Origin: an uncultured candidate division Zixibacteria bacterium
GTDB lineage: Bacteria; Zixibacteria; MSB-5A5; GN15; FEB-12
Direction of reading: 5' to 3'
DNA: 64,000 bases
Assembly: GCA_963735035.1 (NCBI GenBank)
Contig: CAVTJJ010000004.1
Coordinates: forward strand, 768,001 to 832,000
In this document: one piece after another, positions 8,417-17,953 of the stretch
Numbering within the stretch: position 1 is the stretch's first letter
How the letters are laid out: each line of letters opens with the position of its first letter
Program-made: the position numbers and the translations under genes
The notes under the pieces: generated by a model
Database searches by the model: none
The model's input: only the letters and a program-made list of their open reading frames with translations
What the model was told of the DNA's origin: nothing

Positions 8417-9412
8417 ATGAACAACTATCTTAAGACCGCTCTGATCACAACCCTGGCAGCACTGGCTCTGGTTTCCCTCGCGGTGGCCGGTTCCCGATCA
8501 ACCGCCTGGCTCGGCGTGGTCACTCAGGAAGTCGACCGGCACATCGCAAAAGAGCTATCACTCAAAGACGACTACGGCGCTATTATCGACGATGTCGTGG
8601 CCGACTCTCCGGCCGACAAAATTGGTCTCAAAGAAGACGATGTCATCATCGGCTTCAACTCCGACAAAGTTCGCGACAGCGAAGATCTATCCGACCTTAT
8701 CCATGACTCGAAACCCGGCGATACGGTCAGCCTGACCATCATCAGGGAAGGCGCCGAGCAGAAGATTGCGGTAGAGCTGGGGCGGCAGCCGCGATCCCGA
8801 AGCTGGTTCGGCAACTCCGATTGGTACAGCGTCCCTAATATTCCTTCAGTACCGCCAATTCCCGCAATCCCTGAGGCTCCGGGCGTGTATTCGTTCTATT
8901 CGGGTGATCGACCATATATTGGTGTGACGCTGGTCAGCCTCTCTGAATCAGCCGCCAAGGCGCTCGGTGCGACCAAAGGGGGAGTGTTGGTTGACGATGT
9001 CGAACGCGATTCTCCGGCCGAAACCGCCGGTTTGAAACCGGGAGATTTGATCGTCCAGATCGACAAAGATGAGATATTTGAGACCGAGGACGTTCAGGCG
9101 ATTATCCACGATATGGACGACGGCGACACGGTCCACGTGAGCCTGATCCGCGACCGCAAGCCGTTGACAGTAAACGTCAAAGTCGAACTGGACGAGGGCG
9201 GCGGTTACTCTATCGGCGACAACATTATCCGGGTCGAGGGATTGGGAAGCTCCTGGCACGGGGTGAATCGCCACGGACGTCACGCGTACAGCCCTGACTG
9301 GCAGGAGTACAGCAATGACTCCAAGGAATATCAAAGTGACATGCGCGAGCTGCAGAAGGACCTGGAGAAGATGCGAAAAGAATTGGGCGAAATGAAGAAA
9401 TCGCTTCACTGA
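8417..9412 (+). CDS. Exported tandem-PDZ domain protein, no protease domain
   Basis: Signal peptide, two PDZ domains (WLGV...SPADKIGLKEDDVI; YIGV...SPAETAGLKPGDLI), Pro-rich linker, coiled-coil tail. Confidence 0.85.
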   Translation: MNNYLKTALITTLAALALVSLAVAGSRSTAWLGVVTQEVDRHIAKELSLKDDYGAIIDDVVADSPADKIGLKEDDVIIGFNSDKVRDSEDLSDLIHDSKPGDTVSLTIIREGAEQKIAVELGRQPRSRSWFGNSDWYSVPNIPSVPPIPAIPEAPGVYSFYSGDRPYIGVTLVSLSESAAKALGATKGGVLVDDVERDSPAETAGLKPGDLIVQIDKDEIFETEDVQAIIHDMDDGDTVHVSLIRDRKPLTVNVKVELDEGGGYSIGDNIIRVEGLGSSWHGVNRHGRHAYSPDWQEYSNDSKEYQSDMRELQKDLEKMRKELGEMKKSLH

Positions 9413-9456
9413 GGCGTATAAGAAACCAGAATACAGTTTCCTTTCGAGATATGGTC

Positions 9457-9483
9457 AGGGTCCCGTTCCCGCGGGGCCCTTTT
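9457..9483 (+). terminator. Intrinsic terminator
   Basis: GC hairpin AGGGTCCCG/CGGGGCCCT followed by T run. Confidence 0.55.
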
Positions 9484-9541
9484 CATTGTCGCTAATTTCA
9501 TTGTTGCCATCGGCTTGAGAGGTCGGCTATATTCCGAAGCC

Positions 9542-10513
9542 ATGGCAGAGATCACGGTTGACAAACTTTACGAAGGGCGCAAGCGCGACCTGGAGCTTAC
9601 TCTGGTCGCCGGCGGTGAGGCCAGTCTCAAGCGCAAAATCACCAACCCGGAACTGCACCGTCCCGGTCTGGCGCTGGCCGGATATTTCGACCGGTTTCCC
9701 GCCGAACGGATTCAGATTCTCGGACAGACCGAGATGGCGTTTCTCAAGACCCTCTCGCGTGAAGCCCTCGAGTTGATTTCGGAGCGAATTTTCGAAGCCA
9801 ACATTCCGTTGTTGATTATCGCCAAGGGAATCACGCCGCCCACTGAACTCGCTCACGTGTCCGACAAACGCCATGTCCCGATCTTTGTCAGTCGCCTGAC
9901 CACCACCGATTTGATCACCCGGCTCGGCGCTTATCTCGACCACATGTTTGCCCCGTCGACCAATGTCCACGGCACGCTGGTGGACGTCTACGGAGTCGGG
10001 CTGCTCTATACCGGGAAGTCGGGGATCGGCAAGTCCGAGGTCGCGCTCGATCTGGTGGAGCGCGGGCATCGTCTGGTCGCCGACGATGTGGTCAAAGTCA
10101 CCCGCATGGCCCCGGACGTGTTGATCGGTATCAGCTCCGAACTGCTCGGCCATCACATGGAAATACGCGGGGTGGGAATTATCGATGTCGAAGAGTTGTT
10201 CGGGATACGTTCGATCCGGCTTCAGAAACGTATCGAAGTCGAGGTGCGCCTCGTGCTTTGGTCGGAGACGGAAACTTACGAGCGGCTCGGGCTCGAAGAA
10301 CAAACGACGACTATACTGGGGGTTAAGATCCCGATTCTATATGTTCCGATTTCGCCGGGTAAGAACATCACCGTGATTTCGGAAGTGATTGCGATGAATC
10401 ACATGCTCAAGGTATACGGCGAAAACTCGGCAGTGGAGTTGTCGAAGAAGCTGGCGCAGCGGTTGAGCCGTCAGTCGAGTGTTCAGGACTACCTTGAGGC
10501 GGACTACGAGTAG
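9542..10513 (+). CDS. hprK: HPr kinase/phosphorylase
   Basis: RPGLALAGYF, HGTLVDVYGVG, GKSGIGKSE, LVADD, MEIRGVGII. Confidence 0.97.
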   Translation: MAEITVDKLYEGRKRDLELTLVAGGEASLKRKITNPELHRPGLALAGYFDRFPAERIQILGQTEMAFLKTLSREALELISERIFEANIPLLIIAKGITPPTELAHVSDKRHVPIFVSRLTTTDLITRLGAYLDHMFAPSTNVHGTLVDVYGVGLLYTGKSGIGKSEVALDLVERGHRLVADDVVKVTRMAPDVLIGISSELLGHHMEIRGVGIIDVEELFGIRSIRLQKRIEVEVRLVLWSETETYERLGLEEQTTTILGVKIPILYVPISPGKNITVISEVIAMNHMLKVYGENSAVELSKKLAQRLSRQSSVQDYLEADYE

Positions 10514-10706
10514 GCTGCACCCGTCTTTTTCCCGCTTTACATAGAACCGTGTCGCACGTTACTTCTTAGGGACGGGAATAGTCTTTTCGTTATTCTGTGC
10601 GAAGGAGGCGGTCGCGAAACAGATGCGAACAACAATAGACAGCGCGAAAACGCCGGTCTTGCTGGCGATTGGGAGCTTAGGCAAATTTCATACTAACGAG
10701 GGCGCG

Positions 10707-11732
10707 ATGAAGAAGCACTTGGTTGGGGCCTGTCTAGTTTTGGTATTGGTTGCGGTTTTGGCCGGACCGGCGAACAGCTCACCGCCGCGGGCACCTGAGT
10801 GTGCGGACTGTAAACTCGAACCGGCGACCCTGCCTTCAGACGGAGGCCCTGTGGACTTTCTTTTCAGTTTCAAGATGAAACCTGGCAACGAATGCGATTC
10901 GGCTACAGTGCTGATCAGACCTGCCAAGAAGATGTCCTACAAAGGCCCTTCAATGATGAAAGTCCATCTTTCACCCAGCGGAGAGTACTCAACTAGAATA
11001 CCGGTAGTAGTGGCAGCAAATGATACGTCAGCCATATTAATCGACCTGTGGTGCCACGAATGTGATCAACCGATAGTCAAGACCATAATCACAATTAATG
11101 ATACAGTCACAGTGCTCAACTATCTTCCTACACCAAGCGGGCCGGAACAACCCCGCAAACAGCGCAGGATCGATTTTACCGACACCGTTCGCCACCCATC
11201 ATCGTCGGATGTTGTGGGGTCTGGGCGAGCGACTATGGGGCGCATGCCAAAGCCAATGACTACGATTGAAATGGCAGCAGCCGACGGCCAAACCGGACGG
11301 GTGACGCTGCGAGTCACTATTGAAGTGAGGCAGTATGTGAGAGAAGTAGATTTGAGGGTGGATACAGCCTCGGTCGTCCTGCAAGAGGGCGTCTCATTTC
11401 AGAGCCAAGTAGAAGAGGGGCAGAAAGAGGTTCAGTTCCTCGTTCCACTGAACATACCGGTGGGGGACACTGTTGCCGTCTTCTTTACCGCTATTGAGAA
11501 GAAGGTTCCCCTGCAGGGGCAGGTCTTCCGAGAAACTACCACAACCGATGGCAATGGCAAGGTGCAAACCGTCCGCGAGTTGGTCGAGCCCCTTGACGAG
11601 TATTGCCGCTTAGGTCTGAGATATATTTTTTGGGTGAACGGCACACTGGAGATGCGGGACCCCTACCAAATGGGCCGGCCTAAAGGCAACATGCATATAG
11701 AAACACCTAATGCGCATTCTCGTCCGTATTAG
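10707..11732 (+). CDS. Hypothetical exported protein with two related beta-rich domains
   Basis: Signal peptide MKKHLVGACLVLVLVAVLAGPANS and weak internal repeat. Confidence 0.6.
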   Translation: MKKHLVGACLVLVLVAVLAGPANSSPPRAPECADCKLEPATLPSDGGPVDFLFSFKMKPGNECDSATVLIRPAKKMSYKGPSMMKVHLSPSGEYSTRIPVVVAANDTSAILIDLWCHECDQPIVKTIITINDTVTVLNYLPTPSGPEQPRKQRRIDFTDTVRHPSSSDVVGSGRATMGRMPKPMTTIEMAAADGQTGRVTLRVTIEVRQYVREVDLRVDTASVVLQEGVSFQSQVEEGQKEVQFLVPLNIPVGDTVAVFFTAIEKKVPLQGQVFRETTTTDGNGKVQTVRELVEPLDEYCRLGLRYIFWVNGTLEMRDPYQMGRPKGNMHIETPNAHSRPY

Positions 11733-11784
11733 TATCTTGACCGGACAGGCAGAGGCGACTCAACTTCGGCGGGTGCTCAGGCAC

Positions 11785-12046
11785 GGGTGCCCCCAACGCT
11801 TGCGTTGGGTGAGGATTGAGTGTATTCTATTGGCAGGAATCATATCTTGTTTGTGTGGGTGATGATCTCGTGGGAAATTGTCAAGACACCGATGGATTCT
11901 GTGACTAACCTGTTTACGGGTAGGATGCGAGAAGGGTGCGTGGCGCCTGACGCATTACAATTGGTATATGGGTGTACGGATGTGCCGATCTCGATGGACG
12001 AGGTTTATTTCGCAATCTAATCCCAACGCAAGCGTTGGGGCACCCG
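11785..12046. repeat. Inverted pair of REP-like palindromes (REPIN/MITE-like)
   Basis: GGGTGCCCCCAACGCTTGCGTTGGG at 11785 and the near-exact inverse CCCAACGCAAGCGTTGGGGCACCC at 12022. Confidence 0.75.
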
Positions 12047-12168
12047 GCTCCCTCACTGCATTATCACTGTCAATCTTGAACGGGATATGGTGGGGCACCC
12101 GGCATTTTGCCTCACTAACGCAAACCTTCTGGTCATCGAACACCAGATCACAGTATGAGGACTAGCCT

Positions 12169-13434
12169 ATGGACGATACCTTCCCAGCCTGGCTAAAGGC
12201 AATGCAGAATGGTTCAATTGGTGAAGCTCGTACGAGAGCATTTTTGCTCGACCGTTTTTGGATATTAGAGCGCAGTGTCGACATTGATGGCGTTGACTTC
12301 ATTATTCAGCGCCGACTCACCACACAAAATCTCTTGGATAGGAATCCGCCGCGATTTGGGGTAGTCCAATCGAAGTTCTTTGCCGGACCTGACACTACTC
12401 ACTTTGTTCCTAAATCCTACCTAGTTGACAAGGACAACCAAATTCGCAAGGAATTCTTCCTGTTGTGTCATAATGGTACTGCCGACAAAGCCCGGAGTTT
12501 TTTGCTCACGGCAGACGACCTAGTCAAAGGTTTTGAAACAGAAGAGACCGACAAAGTCAAAATACCAGGTCGTATATTGCTAAACGAACCAAAATTCGAA
12601 GTAAAGGCTCATGACCTAGCGCTTGACCGTATGGAGAGGACTCTGTCATTAGCGGAATTCACGAACAACCGAGCTTTCTTGTCATGGTTTATCCCACAAG
12701 TCGAATTAGATCCGTCTAACATCGACGCTATTTATCAAGAGCCAATAGACAATTGGTGGGGAGATATTCCACCGGCGTTTGCCGATATGCGGAGGACTGC
12801 TCAAAAGGCGATCTATTGTCTGGATGAAGCAAGGGACCCACTTCAAGAAATCGTCAAATCTAGTGATCCGGAGTATGCATTGTCGCTCGCCGAACAGTTT
12901 TTCGCCTCCTACGGCTCATATGATAATGTACGTGTCACGCTTCCCAAAAACTTATATAACGAGGAGTTTCATACTGTGGTACTCCAGCACAAGAAACGGG
13001 TTACAACACTCCGTGACGCTGGACTGCTCGATGCATTTCTCTTGCTAAAGAAACAAGCGGTTGAGAAACTTCTCGATGACTTGGTGGCGAAACCGCCTAT
13101 TGACGGCAAGATCGTTCACCAACTTACTATCATATACAACCCAACAGATTTTTCTGGCGTCCAGATATCCAGTTCATACCTTTCCATCGATCAATTCTCA
13201 CGAGCACCAGACAAGAAAGGCCAGTTGGGGCATGAGGCACCCGATCTAAATACTTGGCTTCAAAAGGGCGAGCCGGGCTTTGTCGTCTATTGTTGGACGC
13301 CAGGCCGGTTTGCGTTTCAGGACAAGGATAAAACGGAAGGCTGGAAATCATACTATGCAGGCAAGGGCTTCATACCGATTGCAGATCTGATGAATACCAT
13401 ATATGAACTGCGATTTGGCGAATGGACTTGTTGA
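12169..13434 (+). CDS. Putative PD-(D/E)XK nuclease (DUF4365-like N-terminus), candidate defence protein
   Basis: GSIGE...ERSVDIDGVDFIIQ...VVQSK restriction-endonuclease-like motif order. More AT-rich than its neighbours. Confidence 0.6.
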   Translation: MDDTFPAWLKAMQNGSIGEARTRAFLLDRFWILERSVDIDGVDFIIQRRLTTQNLLDRNPPRFGVVQSKFFAGPDTTHFVPKSYLVDKDNQIRKEFFLLCHNGTADKARSFLLTADDLVKGFETEETDKVKIPGRILLNEPKFEVKAHDLALDRMERTLSLAEFTNNRAFLSWFIPQVELDPSNIDAIYQEPIDNWWGDIPPAFADMRRTAQKAIYCLDEARDPLQEIVKSSDPEYALSLAEQFFASYGSYDNVRVTLPKNLYNEEFHTVVLQHKKRVTTLRDAGLLDAFLLLKKQAVEKLLDDLVAKPPIDGKIVHQLTIIYNPTDFSGVQISSSYLSIDQFSRAPDKKGQLGHEAPDLNTWLQKGEPGFVVYCWTPGRFAFQDKDKTEGWKSYYAGKGFIPIADLMNTIYELRFGEWTC

Positions 13435-13631
13435 CTTTGTTCCACTATACCACATTTGGCAGGTGGGCCACCAAGACTTCTGTCTCACAATAAGCCTCCT
13501 TCGATCCCCCCGAAAACGCTTGGCGAAAGCCCCCCTACCTGTTATCTATACCGGCTGACCCGGCTGCCCCCCGGAACTCCGAACAGCCGGAGCAGTACAA
13601 TAGACGGTTACGCTTTGGAGGAAGAATTTCG

Positions 13632-15365
13632 ATGACCGCATCAAGAATAGTCGCAGTCCTTATGCTCGCGGCCCTAGTCGCCGCATTTGCCCTAAATTGC
13701 GGCAAGAGTGACGCCGACGTGGTTGCCGAGGTCGGCAACGAAAAAGTGACAGTCCGTGATTTCCAGGAATTTCTGGAAAGAAACCCGGTCGGATTTCGCA
13801 CGGCCCAGGATGAATTCGACGGCAAAAAGAAGCTCCTGGACAGCCTTATCAACCACACCCTGCTGGTACAGGCAGCCTACGCCAAGCATATCGATTCTTC
13901 GCCCGAAGTGGCTCGTATCCTGGACGCCAACCGCTCCCGGTTCCTGCTTGATGCGCTCTACCATGTCCGGATTGACAACAAAATCAATGTCACCGAGGCC
14001 GAACTGCGGCAGATTTACGACGACCTGCAGTACCAGATTCGCGCTTTTCATATCCTGTTCGACAATCCCGACACCGCCCAGATGGTCTTTAATAAGCTGA
14101 AAGCCGGCGCCAATTTCGAGGAAATGGCCTATCAATACTCGATCGATCCGAACGCCAGGCGTGATCGTGGCGATATGGGATATTTTATTCGTGGCACCGG
14201 CCCGGAAGAAATCGAAAGAGTGATTTTCAAACTGGACGTCGGCGAGATCACGCCGCCTTTCAAGAGTTCATACGGTTATCACATCATCAAAGTGGTCGAC
14301 AAGAAGCCGAACGATTCTCGCGAACCGTACGCCCGCCTGAGACCGCAACTGTATGAGCAGGCTCTCATGGCGAAGCGCGCGGAACTAAGCGGGGCGTATC
14401 TGGATAGCATCAAGTCGGTCTATCCGGTCACTGTCGATACGACGGTCGCGAACTACATCACTCACAAACGCGCCACACTGTATCCGCCCCAGGTCGTGGA
14501 GAAACTGTCCAAGTCGGATTTCGACGACACCCAGTTGGATCGCGATGAAAAGGAATTGGTCCTGGCGACCTGGGACGGCGGTCAGTGCACGCTCATAGAT
14601 TATCTCATGACAGTGCGGCGCTATCTTCCGCCGGAAGAGCGTCCGAATTTCGACGATTACGATTCCCTCGGACGGGTTATCGGTGACCTCAAGCGCCCTG
14701 AAATGCTGGTCCATGAGGCCGAGAAGGGGAAGATTGCCGAAAGCGAATTCTTCCAGCACAAGTTCAAGGTTTTCGAGCGCTATACGATAGCCGAGATCAT
14801 GCGCAACGACTCGATCCCCTCGCCCGCGCCGCCGTCGGAACAGGAACTTCGGGACTACTACGACAAGAACCGCGAGCAATACCTCGTTCCGGCACAGGTG
14901 CATCTGTACGAAATTCTGGTCAGTGACCAGATGCTGGCTCAGAAACTGGTACGTGAGATCAAGACGCTCGAACAATTCGAGAGCAAAGCCGCCCAGATCA
15001 CCGAACGCTCGGTAGCGCGGGTCAAGCGGGGCGATCTCGGGTTTGTCGACTCCGTTCGTTTCCCGGTTGTTTTCGCGGCTGCCCGCCGTATTCCTATCGG
15101 AACGGTCGGCGGACCGATCCCGGATCGGGGCAAGTTCTCGGTCGTCTGGCCGGCGCAATGGACTCAGGAAACGTACGAAGACTTCCTGAACGTTAAGGAT
15201 GCTATCTCTGAGAAGATGGCGGTAGAAAACAAGAATCAGACCATCAACGACTGGCTGAAGAAGCAGCGCGAAAGTGCCAATGTCGAGGTGAACGACAACG
15301 CGATTTGGAGCATGATCGACAAGGAACTGTACAACACTTCGGGGAGTACCACAACCAATCCATGA
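13632..15365 (+). CDS. Parvulin-type peptidylprolyl isomerase lipoprotein (PrsA/PpiC family)
   Basis: Signal with Cys (ALNC), HILF...FEEMAYQYSID...GDMGYF...GYHIIKV, and a second degenerate parvulin domain. Confidence 0.9.
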   Translation: MTASRIVAVLMLAALVAAFALNCGKSDADVVAEVGNEKVTVRDFQEFLERNPVGFRTAQDEFDGKKKLLDSLINHTLLVQAAYAKHIDSSPEVARILDANRSRFLLDALYHVRIDNKINVTEAELRQIYDDLQYQIRAFHILFDNPDTAQMVFNKLKAGANFEEMAYQYSIDPNARRDRGDMGYFIRGTGPEEIERVIFKLDVGEITPPFKSSYGYHIIKVVDKKPNDSREPYARLRPQLYEQALMAKRAELSGAYLDSIKSVYPVTVDTTVANYITHKRATLYPPQVVEKLSKSDFDDTQLDRDEKELVLATWDGGQCTLIDYLMTVRRYLPPEERPNFDDYDSLGRVIGDLKRPEMLVHEAEKGKIAESEFFQHKFKVFERYTIAEIMRNDSIPSPAPPSEQELRDYYDKNREQYLVPAQVHLYEILVSDQMLAQKLVREIKTLEQFESKAAQITERSVARVKRGDLGFVDSVRFPVVFAAARRIPIGTVGGPIPDRGKFSVVWPAQWTQETYEDFLNVKDAISEKMAVENKNQTINDWLKKQRESANVEVNDNAIWSMIDKELYNTSGSTTTNP

Positions 15366-16678
15366 TAGGGCGAATTACGACACTTCTGCTCGCGGCCTTT
15401 ACGGTCGTGGGCGTGGCGACTGCCGCCACCCCGGACAGCGCCGACACGGTGGACAAGATCGCCGTCGTGGTCGGAGACGAGGCCATCCTGACCTCGGAAC
15501 TGGCCAACCAGATTCAGATGGTCGCGTTTCAGACCGGCCAGCGACCTGAAAAGCCGGACGAGGTACTCAAGTTCCAGAAACAGGTACTGGAGCAAATGAT
15601 TTCCGACAAGCTGTTTCTGATGGAGGCCAAGAAGGATACCACCATCGAGATCCGGCCGGAAGAGGTCCAGCAGGCGCTGGATGAGCAGATCGCCAAGGTG
15701 GTCGAGAATTTCGGCTCGGAGGCGGCGTTTATCAAGGCTCTCGAAGCGGAAGGCATGACGTTGCGCGATTTGCGGCGTCAGTACGAGCAGGAGATTCAGA
15801 ACAACCTGCTCCGGCAGCGTTACATTCAGCAGAAACTTTACAGTGTTTCGGTCTCCAAATTCGAAGTCGATAAGTTCTTCAAGGATTTCCGCGATTCTAT
15901 CCCCAATCAGCCTGAGGGCGTCAAACTGGCCCACGTGCTCTTGTCCGTGAAACCGTCGAAAGCGATCGAGGATTCGGTTCGTACCGAGGCGGAACAACTG
16001 CGGCAACGCATCGTGGACGGGGCTGATTTCGCGTCTATTTCGTCGCAGTATTCCAGCATGGGAGCCGGCGCCAACGGGGGTGATCTCGGTTTTGTCGAAG
16101 CTGCTGATATGGTGCCAGAATTTGCATCGGCCGCTTTCAAACTGAAAGAGGGCGAAGTCTCCGCGCCCGTGCGGACCCAATTCGGCTTTCATGTGATCAA
16201 GTGTGAAGGACGACGGGGCGAGCAGGCGCATTTGAGACACCTGCTCCTGAGTGTGGTGCCGTCGGCTCAGGATACCGCTTTGACCATCGCTCTGGCCGAC
16301 TCTCTCATGCAGGCGGCTCGTAACGGCGCTGATTTCGGCGAGATTGCCAAGACCTATTCACAGGACGATGCTTCCCGGGCCCAGGGCGGTGAGTTGGGTT
16401 GGTTTGCGGTCGGCCAGTTGCCCGAAGATTTCGTTCCGGTTGTTTCCGGCTGGACTACGGCGGGGGAATACCGAGGCCCGGTAAAGTCGAAGTTCGGAAT
16501 TCATATTCTCAAGCTCTTGGAATATCAGCCCGCCAAGGTTCTGACTCTGGAAGGCGATTTCGACCGGATCAAAGAGCTGGCCCGTCAGGACAAGACCGGC
16601 AAGATGGTCGATAAGTGGATCGAAGATTTGAAGAAAAAGACTTACGTCGATTACCGATTGGAAGGCTTCAATAAGTGA
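15362..16678 (+). CDS. surA: SurA-like chaperone/PPIase
   Basis: VDKIAVVVGDEAILTSEL N-domain and two parvulin domains (GGDLGF...FGFHVIK; GGELGWF...FGIHILK). Confidence 0.85.
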   Translation: MIGRITTLLLAAFTVVGVATAATPDSADTVDKIAVVVGDEAILTSELANQIQMVAFQTGQRPEKPDEVLKFQKQVLEQMISDKLFLMEAKKDTTIEIRPEEVQQALDEQIAKVVENFGSEAAFIKALEAEGMTLRDLRRQYEQEIQNNLLRQRYIQQKLYSVSVSKFEVDKFFKDFRDSIPNQPEGVKLAHVLLSVKPSKAIEDSVRTEAEQLRQRIVDGADFASISSQYSSMGAGANGGDLGFVEAADMVPEFASAAFKLKEGEVSAPVRTQFGFHVIKCEGRRGEQAHLRHLLLSVVPSAQDTALTIALADSLMQAARNGADFGEIAKTYSQDDASRAQGGELGWFAVGQLPEDFVPVVSGWTTAGEYRGPVKSKFGIHILKLLEYQPAKVLTLEGDFDRIKELARQDKTGKMVDKWIEDLKKKTYVDYRLEGFNK

Positions 16679-16923
16679 GGATTGACGACTTCCTCTCCAC
16701 CGTGGGAGTAGTCAAACGACGGACGGTGGCGAAAGAGCTCGGAGTGGGCGGCCTGCTCGAAGTAAACGGCCGCAAGGTGAAACCGGCTTATGATGTCGAA
16801 GTAGGCGATATCATCCGCATCAGGGGTTCCCGACCATTCGCCCTCGAAGTTCTCTCAGTTCCAACCGGATCGGTTTCCAAAGACCACCGCGCCAGCTACT
16901 ATAAAGAGATTCCGACCAGTTGA
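16675..16923 (+). CDS. S4-domain RNA-binding protein (Hsp15/YabO-like)
   Basis: MRIDDFL...KRRTVAKE...VNGRKVKPAYDVEVGDII. Confidence 0.9.
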   Translation: MRIDDFLSTVGVVKRRTVAKELGVGGLLEVNGRKVKPAYDVEVGDIIRIRGSRPFALEVLSVPTGSVSKDHRASYYKEIPTS

Positions 16924-17170
16924 TAGAGCAGGCTCTTTGCTCGCTTATTTTGCTGACAGGCAAGAACTTAGGCCATTACCGCATGACGCAATCGAAGCTT
17001 CCGATAATATTAGTGAGAAGTCCCGGCTTGGAACTTAGACTGGCTAATATTGTTCAAAACCAGGATAGGGTGCGATGTGTGTCTGAGACATTCATTGACC
17101 TATGACGAAAAACAGATATATTTGGACCAGAAGTTAAGATCGTTTGGGCGTATTAAGAGGAGTATTTCAC

Positions 17171-17785
17171 ATGAAGAGAGTTCTTTCTGTAACGTTCTGT
17201 TTTCTGGCTCTGGCCGCGTTGGTAGTGGTCCCGGCCAGTGCATTCGCCGGCGAAGGTTGCGCGATGTCAAAGACTGCCACCACGACTACGGCGACCACGG
17301 CCAAGATGTGCCCGGCCGGTGAAGCTGCGTCCTGCGCTGCCAAGCTGGGTATGCCGGCTGAAGAATGCCAGAAGCTTTGTGCTACCGGCGAATATACGAT
17401 GGTCAATATGTCAATTAAGGGCATGACCTGCACCGGCTGCGAAAGCACTATCAGCACCTGCCTGTCTACCGTACCGGGCGTGGTGAAAGTCGGCAAAGTC
17501 AGCTATCAGGAAGGCACCGCGTACGTTCTGGTCGACCCGAAAGTGGTCAAGAACGATGTTATGCTGAAGTCGATCGGTGACAAGGGCTACACTGCTGAAG
17601 TCATCCCGGCCGTCTCTTTGACCCCGGTTGGCACTCAGCTTACCGGTGATGCCAAGCATCCGTGCGGCACTGCTGCTGCCGCTGGTTGCGGTGCGAAGTG
17701 CACCAAGTCTTGTGGTCCGGCCACGGCCAAGACCGATACGAAGACTGAAACGAAGACTGAAACGAAGGCTGAAGGCAGCAAGTAG
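17171..17785 (+). CDS. Exported Cys-rich heavy-metal-associated (HMA) domain protein
   Basis: Signal peptide, GMTCTGC motif, Cys-rich flanks, KTET-repeat tail. Confidence 0.85.
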   Translation: MKRVLSVTFCFLALAALVVVPASAFAGEGCAMSKTATTTTATTAKMCPAGEAASCAAKLGMPAEECQKLCATGEYTMVNMSIKGMTCTGCESTISTCLSTVPGVVKVGKVSYQEGTAYVLVDPKVVKNDVMLKSIGDKGYTAEVIPAVSLTPVGTQLTGDAKHPCGTAAAAGCGAKCTKSCGPATAKTDTKTETKTETKAEGSK

Positions 17786-17807
17786 GTTCAGTCGTTTCCA
17801 AGTGACG

Positions 17808-17839
17808 TAAGGCGGGATTTCGATCCCGCCTTATTTTTT
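17808..17839 (+). terminator. Intrinsic terminator
   Basis: TAAGGCGGGAT-TTCG-ATCCCGCCTTA followed by T6. Confidence 0.85.
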
Positions 17840-17953
17840 GTCGATCCGGAGACGTCTCGGATCGATGTTGGCGGGAACGATGTTAGAATGTATAATGCCG
17901 ATAAAGCGCGTTAAGGCTCTCAACTGATCGGCTCATAGAAACGTCTGAGATTC

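Noticed and set aside
15236..16240. Long antisense ORFs (also 44096-45019, 49128-49994, 55391-56332, 24170-24961)
   Set aside because: Shadow frames opposite well-identified genes in GC-rich DNA, with no recognisable motifs.
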